Shown here piece after piece: positions 1-12,775 of a stretch of DNA of 64,000 bases. Below the pieces are notes generated by a model. It was not told the DNA's origin. It saw only the letters and a program-made list of their open reading frames with translations, and ran no database searches. The position numbers and the translations under genes were made by a program. Source of the stretch: Lingula anatina (lineage: Eukaryota; Animalia; Brachiopoda); contig CM120645.1 of NCBI GenBank assembly GCA_051362555.1, forward strand, positions 7,068,001 through 7,132,000, in the 5' to 3' direction. The first letter of the stretch is position 1. Each line of letters begins with the position of its first letter.

Positions 1-313
1 TTCCTGAGACTCTTTGATATATATTCCAGGATTTTCACAAGCTAGCCACACCAAATGACCACACTGATTCACATGAGATTTGCAAGATAAACATACTTCA
101 GGTGTACACATCTTAGGTCTAACCTTGGGAGCTTGCAGAATAGTAACTGGAACTGGAACAATCAAAGCAGCTCAGATATGTAATGTCAGTAATTTATCCA
201 CACCATTTTGTAATGTATATTAGAGTAATATAAAATGTATCACAAAAAAAATTAAGAAATTAAGAAGATAGAAACACTTTTTATACAGAAATAAATGTAA
301 TTTCTAAACTTAC

Positions 314-1378
314 TGAGTGAGTTCCAGGTAGAGAAGAATCAAAATTGATATCTTCAGGTCGAGGTGGTTGTCGCTCAGGCCTCCTATATCGCCTCCATAG
401 ACGAAACCTTCCTGACCTTGGCCTTTCTTCTTCTTGTCCTGCGTGCGCTTCAACTGCTGGTGCTACTTCTACTTGACCTTCATCACCATCTGCCTGACCT
501 TCACCATCGGCTAGATGACCTTCACCTTCATGCCCTTCACCTTGACCTTGCTCCATTGGCTCAGTTCCTGATTCCTCACCTTCTGTGTCATTTTCTGGAA
601 GGGCAAATGCAGAAATATAAATTTAATTTATAAGCATAACAGTACAAAAGAAAATGCCAAATTTTTTTCAAATATGCCATCCAGTTCTAGACTTTGGATT
701 TGTTAGAGTAAATATAACGGCAAAAAATATTCACAGCGGAATCACTCCATTCTACAGTATATACAATTTTCCATTATTACAGTACAGTACATTAATGCAA
801 AACTGAGGATTTTGGTATTTTTATCAAATTCTAAGACAGTGACTTCAAGCACCTTGACCATTTCCTGCTTTTTTTTCAGTTGAGTTCAAAATCATGGAAA
901 TGACACACCAACTCAATCAATACTACTGCAGCTAGATCAGTGTTACATATCTGTGTCTGTTATTGTCATATACCACTTTCATTTCTGCCGGTTTCTGAGT
1001 ACAATTAATATCTACCAGTTCATTTCACACCAGTATAATAGTTATAAGAATGCCTTTGCGTCAAAACCAGGGTCATAACACTTGAATCCTGAGTTGCACG
1101 TAAAGACACATTTAACCTGGAACCGCCCAACTTTGAGGACCAAAAAAACGCGAGCCTGTTTCACTTGTCTTGACACATGCAGCAGTAATTTGCTAGTACT
1201 CGTACATTCGGTATTTGCGTACTCCCATTCAACTTCTTTCACAACTAGAAAAGACCACATAAAATCACGCAGAAAATGTTTGTTTTCAGAATAAACTGCA
1301 TCATCATTGCTAACCTGAGCTGTCATTCCCCTCTCCGTGGATGTTGTGACCCAGCAAAGGCAAAATATCATCCTCCAT
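314..1378 (-). CDS. CRBN: Cereblon, first two coding exons; gene continues off the left edge
   Basis: Exon 1 1378-1315 (MEDDILPLLGHNIHGEGNDSS, phase-1 GTTAGC donor) splices in frame to exon 2 594-314 (ttccag acceptor, GTAAGT donor). Exon 2 ends ...PEDINFDSSLPGTHS, matching the cereblon N-terminal motif INFDTSLPTSHT(YLG); the LPLL motif is also shared. Confidence 0.8.
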
Positions 1379-1399
1379 GCTTCATGTTTACCAGGGTGC

Positions 1400-1590
1400 A
1401 TGTCGGGTAATTTGGTCATGTGACACAAATTGACCAATCAAAGGAAGCACCGTGTACTAAGCAATAACTTCCGCTTTCACAATAACTAAGTTTAAGTCGT
1501 GATCTGTCATCATCTCCGCATTTTGAAGCGATACACAGGGAAGAGAGAAAACTTCAAACAAAAGTTTGGACATATCGGAGTGAAAGGTAC
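1400..1590. promoter_or_regulatory. Probable bidirectional promoter between CRBN and DNAJB9
   Basis: CRBN ATG at 1378 (-). A probable DNAJB9 5'UTR exon ends at a GTACGG donor near 1586 and is accepted at ~1899. Motifs: GTCATGTGAC E-box (~1415-1424), CCAAT (1434-1438), ACTTCCG ETS-type site (~1467). Confidence 0.5.
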
Positions 1591-1916
1591 GGAAGGAACT
1601 GGTCAGTGTTTTCTTTTAAAGTTTACACAACAGTTGATGTTTCTTTACCGGCTGTGATGTGATGGAATGTCTGTTTGCTACTACTAGTACAACACATGGC
1701 AACGAAGAAAAAAGACTGGCGAAATTTGTGACGACTCATATTGTTGAATGTTTTTCTACTGTAATGTTAATTTTTGTGAAATTTAGAAAGAAACACAGCT
1801 TCATCGCTTTTAGAAGCCACATTTAAGTGAAAATTGAAGAAGAAAATTCAAATAATGTTTAAATATCATTGTATATTCTACTGTATCTTGATTTCACAGG
1901 TCTTCCCCAGCACACA

Positions 1917-4203
1917 ATGCAGTGTGCCCGCTTACTGCTGCTATCAGCAGTATATACAGTCTGCCAACTGGGCTTGGTTTTGGCTGCTGCTAGGGACTAC
2001 TATGAAATCCTGGGAGTGAAGAAGGGCTGCTCTGACAGAGACATCAAGAGGGCGTTCAGGAAACTGGCACTTAAATATCACCCTGATAAAGTGGAAAAGG
2101 ACAAGAAGGCGGAGGCTGAGAAAAAATTTGTGGAAATTGCGAAAGGTAATTTTTATGATTCTTAAATATATTTAATTACACCTTCTGCTCCATATATTAA
2201 ACACTGAAACTAGAAAATGACCCCCCACTACTGCCTTGCATACCAGTATTCTCCCTGTGAGGAATTTCTGAAATGTAAAGATTTAAATGCAACAGAGAGA
2301 GAGAGAGTTGGTGAATATATGTTATTACCTTTCATTTTTCTGATAGAAATGCTTCTGTAATGTCTCACATATATTCCACAGGTTACTTTTCTTGTGAAAA
2401 ATACAAATCCCAACCAAGCTTCCTTTCATATTTTCTACAGGAAAAACTCAACATTTGAAACTCTAACAGTATTTATTATTCAGTGCTTGCATTTGTGTTC
2501 AAATAAATAGGATGATAGTCTTTTTTAGTGTCTTTTCTGTTGTTTGCAGGCACTGGTATACATGTGTGCATTATTCTTACATGCTGGTTTGCTTTTAGTA
2601 TAATGATGTACAGTTAATAAATTATTCATGAGTCATGAGAAGTGTGCAGCTAAAGTTGTCAAGGAAATAATGAGCACCTGCACACAATAATTTTAATATA
2701 TACCTGTGTAAAGTAGAATCATTGCCGGTGTGTACTAAAACTATGTACTGGTATAATTATCTTGATATTAGATGCTTAAAAAAGGAAAATTGCTTATTAT
2801 GGCCATTTTTTTTCCAAATATAAAGATGTCTTTAAAATATTTAATGTCATATACAATATTACGAGGAAAAAAATAATCCAAACGCTGCAGTAATGCTGTT
2901 TAAAACCATTTTATTTTGTGGCAAGTTGATTTTCAATTTAATTAACTACTGGTTTGTAAATAACTTAAATTTAGACTTTGTTGAAGTACTAGTATGTATT
3001 TTATGAAAATTTATTCAGCTTGGCCTTTTCAGTTGGTAATTGCAAAGTGTTGTCATGAATAACACTTTTAATGAAAGGTTACTATCAAGATAACTTCACA
3101 TCATTTGAATACTAGTACATCATGGTTAGATATTATCAAAAATGTTAAAATTTGTGAAGTTTTAAGGAAATGATTTTCTGATTAAGTGCTAACAGTTGAT
3201 TTGTGAGATGTAAGACTGCATGTTTTTGATAAACAAGTATAATTTTTATTTGAGGACTTTACATCTTTTCTTTTAGCCTACGAAGTGCTCTCAGATGCCG
3301 ACAAGCGTAAGAAATATGACCAGTTTGGCCATGCAGCATTTGAAAACAATGGCGGAAATGGTGGCAATGGTTTCCATGGAGGATTTGACTTCAACTTTGA
3401 TGACTTCTTTAAAGGATTTGATGCACATTTTCACTCACACCAAGGTGGGCACCACCACCATCACAACCAAAACGGTGGCCCCCACACTTTTAATTTCAAC
3501 TTTGGTGATCATAGTGGATTCTTTGACTTTGATGACATATTTAGTGACTGGGATGACGATTTTCATCAGCAGCAGCATCAACAATTTCATCATCATCATC
3601 ATCATCATCAGCATCCTCAGCATCACCACCACCACCAAGGGTTTAACGGAGGAGAGAGTATGTTTGGAAATGGTTTTGATATGTTTGACGATGATATGTT
3701 TTTTGATAATGGTCCCAGCCACCAGCACCATCATACACATACTCAGAGGACTATGCATTCACAAGGTATTAAATAATTATGGGAATAATTCACAATTGCT
3801 TGATTTTGTCCTTGTGTGAGTGTGGTACATGTAAGAGTGTGTGATGCTGTATGTTCTTGTGTGAAGGACACAAAATGAGAAGCCTGTTGAAGTAATTGGT
3901 TAAATGTTAACTTGCAGAAAACAACAATATTGTATAATTGTTAAATCCATGTACAATTGAAATGTGGGGAAATTTCCTTTTTTTTCCAAAACGGTTGATG
4001 GAAATATGATGGAAATTGAAATTTCATCTTAGATGGTCAATAATTTTAAATAACTTTAATAATGAATTGATAATTCATATTAGCCTTTTTATACAGTTTT
4101 ATTTATAATTATTTCATTATCATTGTTTACAGGTGGCCAAACATGTAGAACTGTTACAAAAAGAGTGGGCAATATGGTAACAACACATACAGTTTGCTCT
4201 TAA
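1917..4203 (+). CDS. DNAJB9: DnaJ homolog subfamily B member 9 (ERdj4), 262 aa, 3 coding exons
   Basis: Exons 1917-2145, 3277-3765 and 4133-4203 join in frame. Signal peptide; J-domain DYYEILGV...KYHPDK...[18 protein letters not shown]; G/F- and His-rich region; C-terminus [19 protein letters not shown] typical of DNAJB9. Confidence 0.93.
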
Positions 4204-4312
4204 CCCTGGCAGAGTTGGTGATATGGTAACAACCCACAGCTCTTAGCCTTGGCAGTATGGCAGAGTACAGAACAACACATACGGTTTGCTCTTAACCCTG
4301 GCGGTATGGCAG
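4172..4312 (+). repeat. Imperfect direct repeats spanning the DNAJB9 stop codon and 3'UTR
   Basis: Segments of ATATGGTAACAAC..GCTCTTAACCCTGGC recur at ~4172, ~4221 and ~4271. Confidence 0.7.
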
Positions 4313-5269
4313 CTACATTAGAAAACTAACAGTCCACCTACTTTTGCTATTTGTAGATAAAATAACCTGGGAGGACATCTAGGATTACTATTACTATTAC
4401 TATTTCCATGTTTGGGTTTGACAATTTCATCTTTTCATGAGAACATTTATCACCACACTGCAGAATTTGCTTGGATATATTTAGGTGGGGTTTCTCCATA
4501 TTGCACATTGAGGCTTTTTTAAGAGCCAGTATAGTTCCTATTTGCTTAACTGATGTTCTTAGCAAATGAAGTTGCTCAGTTGTTTGCCCAGAATGCTCAT
4601 TTTATCCAGGAATGTTTTCAAATTCTGTAATTAAACAAAGAAGTTCTTAATTACTGCTCTGTAGGAACCCAATTTGAAAATACATCACTCTTGTCATCTG
4701 GTGCCTGCAATTTATCTGTGATTTCAATCTTAAATACTTTACATATAAGTATGTGTAGAAGAACAAAGTTCATAAGGTTAGAGTTAGTGTTCTGCAGTTC
4801 TATACTACACAAACACCTGGTTGTTTTCCTTTATGTTTGAGTGTTAAAGTTGGAGGGGATGGTGATAATAATTTATTATTGTTTATCTAACTCCCACTGA
4901 TTCATATATAAATAAAATGATGAGTGCACAATGTTAGTTTGTCTTTGAAATCATTACTAGTATATAGTGATATTGATATATGGACATGTTTTCACTTTTT
5001 TCTCTTGTTAAGTTGTGAATTCACTCCTTTCTGTATGTCTCTTTGCTAGAGATAATTGGTTCACAGCAGAGAGTCATTGTTCCACATTTTTATATAATAA
5101 TCTGTTACTCATAGTAGATTTTATTATAAATTTAAAAAAAGATTGTCATGAGGAAATAAAATATATGATACATAAATCCCATGAACTTCCCTGTAATTTT
5201 TGGCATACGAGTCGGACTTAAATTGAGTCTAAATTTTGCCGATAAACTTGATACAGTAAGTTGACATAA

Positions 5270-5364
5270 ATCGCCAAAATGGCGACTTGCACCATCATTT
5301 TCACTCGCCAGATTTAATTTTAACTCGCATTGGCGAGCTGGCGAGTGCGAGTGTCAAACGCTGT
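5270..5364. mobile_element. Possible terminal fragment of a non-autonomous DNA transposon
   Basis: GC-richer island with repeated CTCGCC/GGCGAG motifs ending GCGAGTGTCAAACGCTG, a pattern seen in subterminal regions of invertebrate MITEs. No partner end found. Confidence 0.3.
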
Positions 5365-6149
5365 ACAGGTTATTTCTTTTTAAAGGTGTTGTTTGATACT
5401 AAACTTGATGGAACTTGTTCTTTTAACTTTGGTTGTAATAATTGTATACAAGCCTTATAAGAATATCCACATTTAATTTCATGGATTAGCAAGCAAATTT
5501 ATTTTTCCCTATCTGTACTTTGCACTGTACCTTACAAATTTATTATAGAAGAATAAGCCTTACTGAGGACTAAGCGGTAGGGCAATGTACAGCTTGAAGC
5601 AAAGAAATGAGCTTTTTTCTTTCCCTTTTTTTTCTTAGAAAAATCATTTGAAAAAAGGCTATTGAGGTGTCAAGTGTCATTCACGGTAGCTTGTGAACGA
5701 AAGAACTCTCATACTAACTAAAAGACTCCCCTGGGAAAACTTGAAATAAAAAATTAGTTTCTGCTTTGCGTGAATACTACTCGTATTCAGTACTCAAGTG
5801 ATATATTCTATAACGCACTTGAAGTCAAATCTGAATGATGTATCACTACAAAAAGCGCTTATAAATTGACATTTATCCTTACTCCTAATGTCATCTAGCT
5901 TGCACTATATGTGGATTCAGTGTCGCGCTTGTCTAAAATGCGCGCCAAATTTAAGACTTGAGAAATAACGTTTGTTGTTTAAATTTAATCAAAAATACAA
6001 AGCTAGAAAATAGACAATGTAAAAAGAGCAGGCTCCAAAGCAGTGTTGCTTATTTTGTATCTGCAAATACCGTTTCTAGATTTTTCTTGATTCTCTAACT
6101 GTTATGATTCTTTGTGAATAGGCACTTCAGCCTAAAGGGTAGAGTTCAG

Positions 6150-8594
6150 TTAAGTAGAAGATGCAAATTCCATATACGCGGCATTTTCGAAAGCCACCTG
6201 CGTCACATTCTCTTTATCGCCCTGTGAAACGAGGTCAGAATCGTCCTCACCCTGCGGAAATGGCTTAGTTGGAGAAAGAGCATTCGATGCCACAAAATCA
6301 TCTTGTGATTCCGCAATGCCGTCACCCTGGGGAACAGGCTGAGAACCAAATAAAGGGATACTGTCATAATTGTCATTTTCCGGAGACGCAGAATGCAAGC
6401 CCATTTCATCTGTAAAATTGAGCTGAGGCAGACCCGTTCCTCCATTGTCAGAACCCTGAGACAAACGGGGAGACATGTTGTTAACATCAGATTCCGATGT
6501 GAGTTTGGTGTCTATACACACCGTGTCATCCAGGGTGCTGTCGTCGTACGCACTGTTTTGGAAGGCTAATGGCGGGCGGGATTTACTGGCATTGTTTTGC
6601 GACTGTGGGCGACAGCGGGCTTCGCCGATAGTGGCGTACCTTTCCTCTTCCTCAACGGCACTGAGCTTTGGATTTTTGTGAGATTGGGCCCTGCATAGAA
6701 GGCAAACAACGTTTTAAAAAAAAAAAAGATAATGCAAGCATTTGTTGAAGACTTTTATGAGATTTATTTAGCTGTAGAAGAGAAACGTTCATATGAAGTT
6801 TAACACAGAATTTTATTATACATTTTAATTAGCCCATTAAACAACTCTACAACAGGCCAGGACGTGAAAGGTCTTTTTTCGATAGCGTAAGCAATATCAA
6901 TATATGTGCCAAATTTTAGGGTTCTATTTCAGTATATTATGTCTTTATTCTAAAATAATTTCGTTCGTTCGGTTTGGAAGGTTAAATTTCAGTAAAATAT
7001 AGCCCTATTACAGCTTTTGGTACTAGTAAGTATCTTATATTGCATTTACTTCTTTATCCCATCAACTTCCTTGGCTATGACACCAGGTAATATATCCATT
7101 TTGCAGTACCTTTTCCTTCTAATAATCAGAGCGACAATGGTCAAGGTGGCCGATATGGTCAGCAAGCCCACTGTCAGCGGAATGTACCAGTTGTTATCCA
7201 ACCATTGGTTCTACGGACAAAAAGACAAGACCAATTGAAATTAAGAAGTAGTAATGTTATGTTAAAGAAAAACTGCCAAATAATGTAAAGAAAATAAATA
7301 AATAAAATAATTTAAAGAAAATGCACATTTTGTTTGAGCGAAATTGCAGTACCTGGTCTTCCCGAACAGCAGCGGCACGGGACCCCATTTTGGCACCATC
7401 GTTCTCGTAAGGCTGCAGTGGCGCCAGCAGTGCTGCAAGCCTAGCGGGCGTAAGGCTGGCTAATGCAGCCTTCAGTCTTGGGCACGTGACCTCCGTTGGC
7501 TTGGCAGACACGACGAACTGGAGATTCATGACGTGATAGCTGAAAAATGAAAAAAATAAAAAATAAAAATAAAAATGCTGTTTTATTTGGTGAAACTTAT
7601 TATATGTGAGGAACCGATGTCAACCGATTTGTATTTTCAGTTGTATTTTGACTTTCGCAAAAAGAACATTAGGCAAAAAAGTTTTTTTTAGATGTTTTAA
7701 TCTGAATGTTTAAGTGCGCATTTATCTTGGAAGGCAATCTTTATTAAATATATCAAAATCGATTGTTCGAAAAATATTGCACTGAACCAATAGTAAACTT
7801 TTTACAAAAGTATTTTGACGACATTGTTTAAATAATTTCATCAAAATAAGATGCCACACCTTTGCTCTTCCGCGTGATCAACTCCTATTACAATGTTGTT
7901 AACTTTATTAAAATCCGCTCCAAGCAGGTGCTTGACCATCTTTTCCACGATTTTTCTGACCAACGTAGGTTGGTCCAGCTCCCTGCTCAGGTACACCGGT
8001 ACTGTTATTTTACTACAGTTGACAAAAGGTAAATGTCCAGCTGAGGACGAAGTAGTATTGTTACTTGCACTGTCATTTGCAGAAGCTGTTGGTGACGGTG
8101 TCATAACGGTGCTTGAAAATCTCTCACTAAAAGTTTCGTTTCCCGTGGCGATTGTTGCGGGAAGACTTACAGGCAAGTATGTGGTGCTGGAATTTGCTTC
8201 TTCTGGAAGGTCATTCTCGCATAATATCCCCGAAGTGAAATTTGCACAAATACAATGGAAAATACCGGTTTCGTTTGATGTACAAGTGGCGTTATTTTGG
8301 CACGGATGGCTGGAACACGCGTTTTCCTTCACCTGGCATCTCTCCCCGGAATAGCCTCGTTTACACAGACAACTGTATTGAGATGACGAATTCTGCAGGG
8401 ACGTACACGTTCCTCCGTTCAAGCAAGTTACGTTATGGCACCCATCGCCTACCGTTTCACATAAAGTGCCTGAATAGAAGGTTAAAAGATGGGGTGACCT
8501 GCACTATTAAAGCGTGCCATCCGAATGAGTATAGGATAAATTTGTCTTAATGTTGTTATTCTAAAATTTCTGAATCACATGAAATTAAATGAAA

Positions 8595-8654
<60 letters not shown>

Positions 8655-11051
8655 CCTACAGACCTGTATATCCGTCTGGACATATACACCTGAAACCTGA
8701 GGGCAGATTGATACATTGAGCGCCACGTGAGCACGGTTCATTCTTGCAGTCATTCTTGATATCAACACAATTGTTTGTAGAATTTCTCCAACCTGCAAAA
8801 GAATTAAAATTATTATTTCACTGCAATAGGTCTACATAACAAACACTTAACATGCGATTAGAAGACAAATTAAAAAATTCGTTGTCAAGACCAAAAAATA
8901 ATTATGCTTAAAACATAACACAAAATAGCTTTAATATCGTATCACGGTAGTGCTGCAATGCTCATGCATTCTTCAAAACCAATTTTAAAGTCACGATCGA
9001 ATGATTTAATGTTTGATCGTAGAAAAATCGACCTTTCTCTATAATTCGCTACTGCCTTTATATAAAATCTTATTGATATACATTAATTTTTTCTATTTTA
9101 ACTGAAACATAACCAAGCATCTGATCATACATGTATGGATACAACTCAGGGGTTCCGTCGCTATTAAAACTTCTTAACTAATATTAAGATATTGAAATTA
9201 AAATAAGTGATTGACGTCACGCAAGCACGACCACCGACACGCATGACAGGCGTTTTTCAATGTTTCAAAATTTTTTTGAAATAATTAAAAACCTACCTGG
9301 TAAGCATATCTTTTTTCCTGTCACTGGATGGCAGGTATAATGTCCCGCTGTGTCGTTACGTGGCTGACACAAGGTGGCGCAGTCAGACCCATACCAGTCC
9401 TCGTCACACGATACGTGAACTTCCACTACAAGACTAAGTACAGAATTTTTATTACAAAAAAATGGTAACTTAACTTATGACGCAAATAATCTACCTTTGT
9501 ATCAAAAGCCACATTCAACCACAGTACACCCCTTAACATTCAAAAGCACAGGCCATTACAGAAACAATGTGAACCTTTGATATGCCCACCTCAATAAACT
9601 CTCATTTATGTGTAAAACTAGTACTATGAAACGTAAGTTGACCTTACTTTACTCTGTTTCGTAGTCTCAGTCTCGTTGCCATGCCATTCCGGTTGGGGAA
9701 GACGCTGAAGGCGTGCTTAAGGTAGTCCACGTGATCGTGATGGTTAACACCGGAGTCATCATCCCATACTTCAACTTTAAGGAACGCGCTCCCCTGAAAA
9801 GTTATTTTAAATTCCAGTTCTCGTGCCATAAGTGGCCTAAGGGAAGCATGAGAGTCAGTCACTATAGACCCAGTTAAAAAAAACTGAGACAAGGTATAAA
9901 ACAAAAAGTTTAAGGAGTTTTTTTTTCAAAGTAATGCGAATTCTGTGTTCGATCTGCATCGTAGGGTCTATTTCATATCATTTAAACTTCACTATCATTT
10001 TTCTACTTTAATATAATATAAACTGATAAAATGAATTACATCGATCGAACTCCGAGATCATGCGTGCCATCTTACAGAGGCAAGAATGGAAATAAGAACA
10101 AAATTTGCAACGTCGCACTTTTTTCCCGTATAATGATAGAAAGAAACCAATATAAAGAGGAAAATGTTTTTTTCAATGAGGCAAGAAAGGGGAAAAGGTA
10201 GGGAAGGTATATAGGCCCATAGGCAAGGGAGTTTGGGTTTTTTTACCGTAAAATAATGCCAGCTCTAAAACCAAATTGTATCTATAGGTTCTATGCACAT
10301 GTAGGCGTTCAGGCAATAAGGAATACCTTTTTCCAAAATAAAGGCGCGGTCCTTCCCCTGCTCCTTTGAAAATCGTAGGCTACAAACCTGAGGTTTTATG
10401 AACTTAATTATCTTACCGGCCAAGTGTCAAACTTCAGTACTACAGGGTTCGGGACACCACCGAAGCTGCTGCCAAGGTAGGGAAAGGGTAGGGAAGGTAT
10501 ATAGGCCCATAGGCAAGGGAGTTTGGGTTTTTTTACCGTAAAATAATGCCAGCTCTAAAACCAAATTGTATCTATAGGTTCTATGCACATGTAGGCGTTC
10601 AGGCAATAAGGAATACCTTTTTCCAAAATAAAGGCGCGGTCCTTCCCCTGCTCCTTTGAAAATCGTAGGCTACAAACCTGAGGTTTTATGAACTTAATTA
10701 TCTTACCGGCCAAGTGTCAAACTTCAGTACTACAGGGTTCGGGACACCACCGAAGCTGCTGCCAAATGTGATGGTATTCTGGTCCATGATTGCACCAGAT
10801 TCCACCTTACCGAAACTACAGCTGTTGATATTCCCAGTGAACCTGAAAATAGAGACAACTGATTAAATTAAACAAATATATATCACTGTTTTATTTTCAT
10901 TTGCATTGAAGCATAAAACTCTGGGTGGTGTTTTTTTTCATAAATCTGGAAAAAAGTATATAAATAAATATATTTCAATTGTCGTGCGTTTGTATTTGCT
11001 TTGTAAAGAAAATGTATGCCCTTTTTCGTTACAAATAAATAAACAAACAAA

Positions 11052-11082
<31 letters not shown>

Positions 11083-12775
11083 CTGTGGCATACATGTATC
11101 TGTTTTTACAGAGTGAAAACGCAAAGTTGACTGCGATACAATTTCATGAATTTCAGGAATGTAGTCTATAAAATGAACAACAACAACAACAACAACAACA
11201 AAAAAGAATGGTTTGATAAAGAAGCAAAAGCTTGACACAATCCTCTTTAAATCAAAATGCTTAACCCGCTCACCCAGAACTTTTATCCACGCAGACTGTG
11301 AACATGTGGTCGCACTTAGACACACACGGAAAGTCGCAGCAATTGCCGTTTGATCCCGTCCCCTCTGTGTTGCTGAACTGCACTAGTTTGACGTACAGCT
11401 TCCCTTTCCCAAATCCCGTCTGAGAAAGAAAAATCAAATCAAAAGTGGTTAGAGTACCATACATTTCTTCGTTCACTTGTCAGCTCTTTCTTTCTCTACT
11501 TCTTCTTATCGTTATTATTATTATTATTATTATTATTTGAAGTGCTCATGGAAGTGCGCATGTACTATTTTACGGACTGAAGAAAGGAGTGGGGTTTTGT
11601 TTAACAGTTGTACACGTAGTGCTACATGTAAATGTACTAGTAGAATATTGGTGCGTGTTCAGTATCTCCAGTTTCAATCCAGAAAGGGTTTGTAAATAAT
11701 GTAATTTAATTGTTTACTGTTATGACGAAAGAGAGAGAGAGGGGAAGGAGTGTAAGATGATCAACAGAAGACAAAATCTCTTTGCTCGTGACTTGCTCAC
11801 TTATTACTGTAAAACAAAACCTTGCCACATCCAATTAACCGGCTCCTTTGTCTTACATATTGTCCCTAGCTTTGCACACTTGATAGTGAAATTCTTTTAA
11901 GTAAGCGCATGGCTGCTCATCCCTCATGTGATTTCTATGTTGGGTTTTACAGTTTAGTCATTATATGCGGAAGGGAGAGGGGGGAAGGTCAGAAGGAGAG
12001 GGGGGGGAAGAAAGTTTACATCTTGGTTTCTACGACCTAACGAAAATATTTTATCCTTCACGGCCACCACAGAAAGTTCTCTCGCCATCTTTTGGGCATT
12101 TTGTTTAACTTTCGTGTTCTTCATTGGTTGTAAAATTATCCCATAATGATTTTTTGCTTCCAAATTTAATTCTTTTTAAAGAAAAAAAATCAAATTTCTC
12201 CTACTAACGAATCATTTCTCGACCAGTCCCCGCACTTGAATATAATGATTTGAACTATTTCCAATTGAAAAACTTAATACTAAACGAATCATTATTTATA
12301 TAGACAACCACAGCCTTTCTCGCATTTCAGAAGGAAATGTCAAAATCAGGAAGGCCAAGCTTTAGGCCAAGGAGTTTTAGTAAAGACTTCATAATTTTAA
12401 AGGTCTGAATTCGTACCGAATCCCATTTTAGACATAATATCACTTTTGGACATTTTCAAACGCTAATATAGTACTTCTACGTTAGATGGTTATTCACGCC
12501 TCTGTTTCGATGCAACGAATTTAACTAAACGCATTAAATGATTATTTTAGGGTTTGTTTCTTCATAAGTCTCAGCCAACGATTGATAATTGCCAGGTACT
12601 ATAATCCACTTCACCTATCCTACAACGTCTGTCGGTGCGTCTAAACTATAAATCCATTACGAGTTCAGTTTACCTGTTGTTAATTTTTAGGTTTGTTTTG
12701 ATAAGAAAATGGCCTTACCTTCAGAACAGAAGCTTGAATTAACAGAAGACAAAACAGCCGCGTAGTGTTCTTCAT
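6150..12775 (-). CDS. Delta/Serrate-like (DSL) type I membrane protein, ~729 aa, 10 exons
   Basis: Exons 12775-12719, 11419-11274, 10842-10707, 9793-9648, 9433-9297, 8792-8664, 8469-7860, 7539-7353, 7210-7110 and 6690-6150 join in frame (2190 nt). Signal peptide; MNNL/C2 domain (NGNCCD...CDHMFTVC...NPVVLKFDTWPG...VEVWDDD); DSL (CDEDWYGSDCATLCQPRNDTAGHYTC...GKKICLPGW); 3 EGF; S/T-rich stalk; TM (WYIPLTVGLLTISATLTIVALII-RRKR); ~180-aa tail. Confidence 0.9.
8596..8654. repeat. Compound (TG)n(AG)n microsatellite
   Basis: Directly visible in an intron of the DSL gene. Confidence 0.95.
10196..10765. repeat. 290-bp tandem duplication (2 copies) including the 3' part of DSL-gene exon 3 and its donor
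   Basis: ATAGGCCCAT at 10211 and 10501. The copies read identical through CGAAGCTGCTGCCAA (ending 10475 and 10765). Confidence 0.95.
11033..11200. repeat. (AAAT)n and (CAA)n microsatellites
   Basis: Visible at ~11033-11082 and ~11176-11200. Confidence 0.9.

Noticed and set aside
364-633. Leu/His-rich + strand ORF
   Set aside because: Antisense shadow of the Glu/Gly-rich CRBN exon 2.
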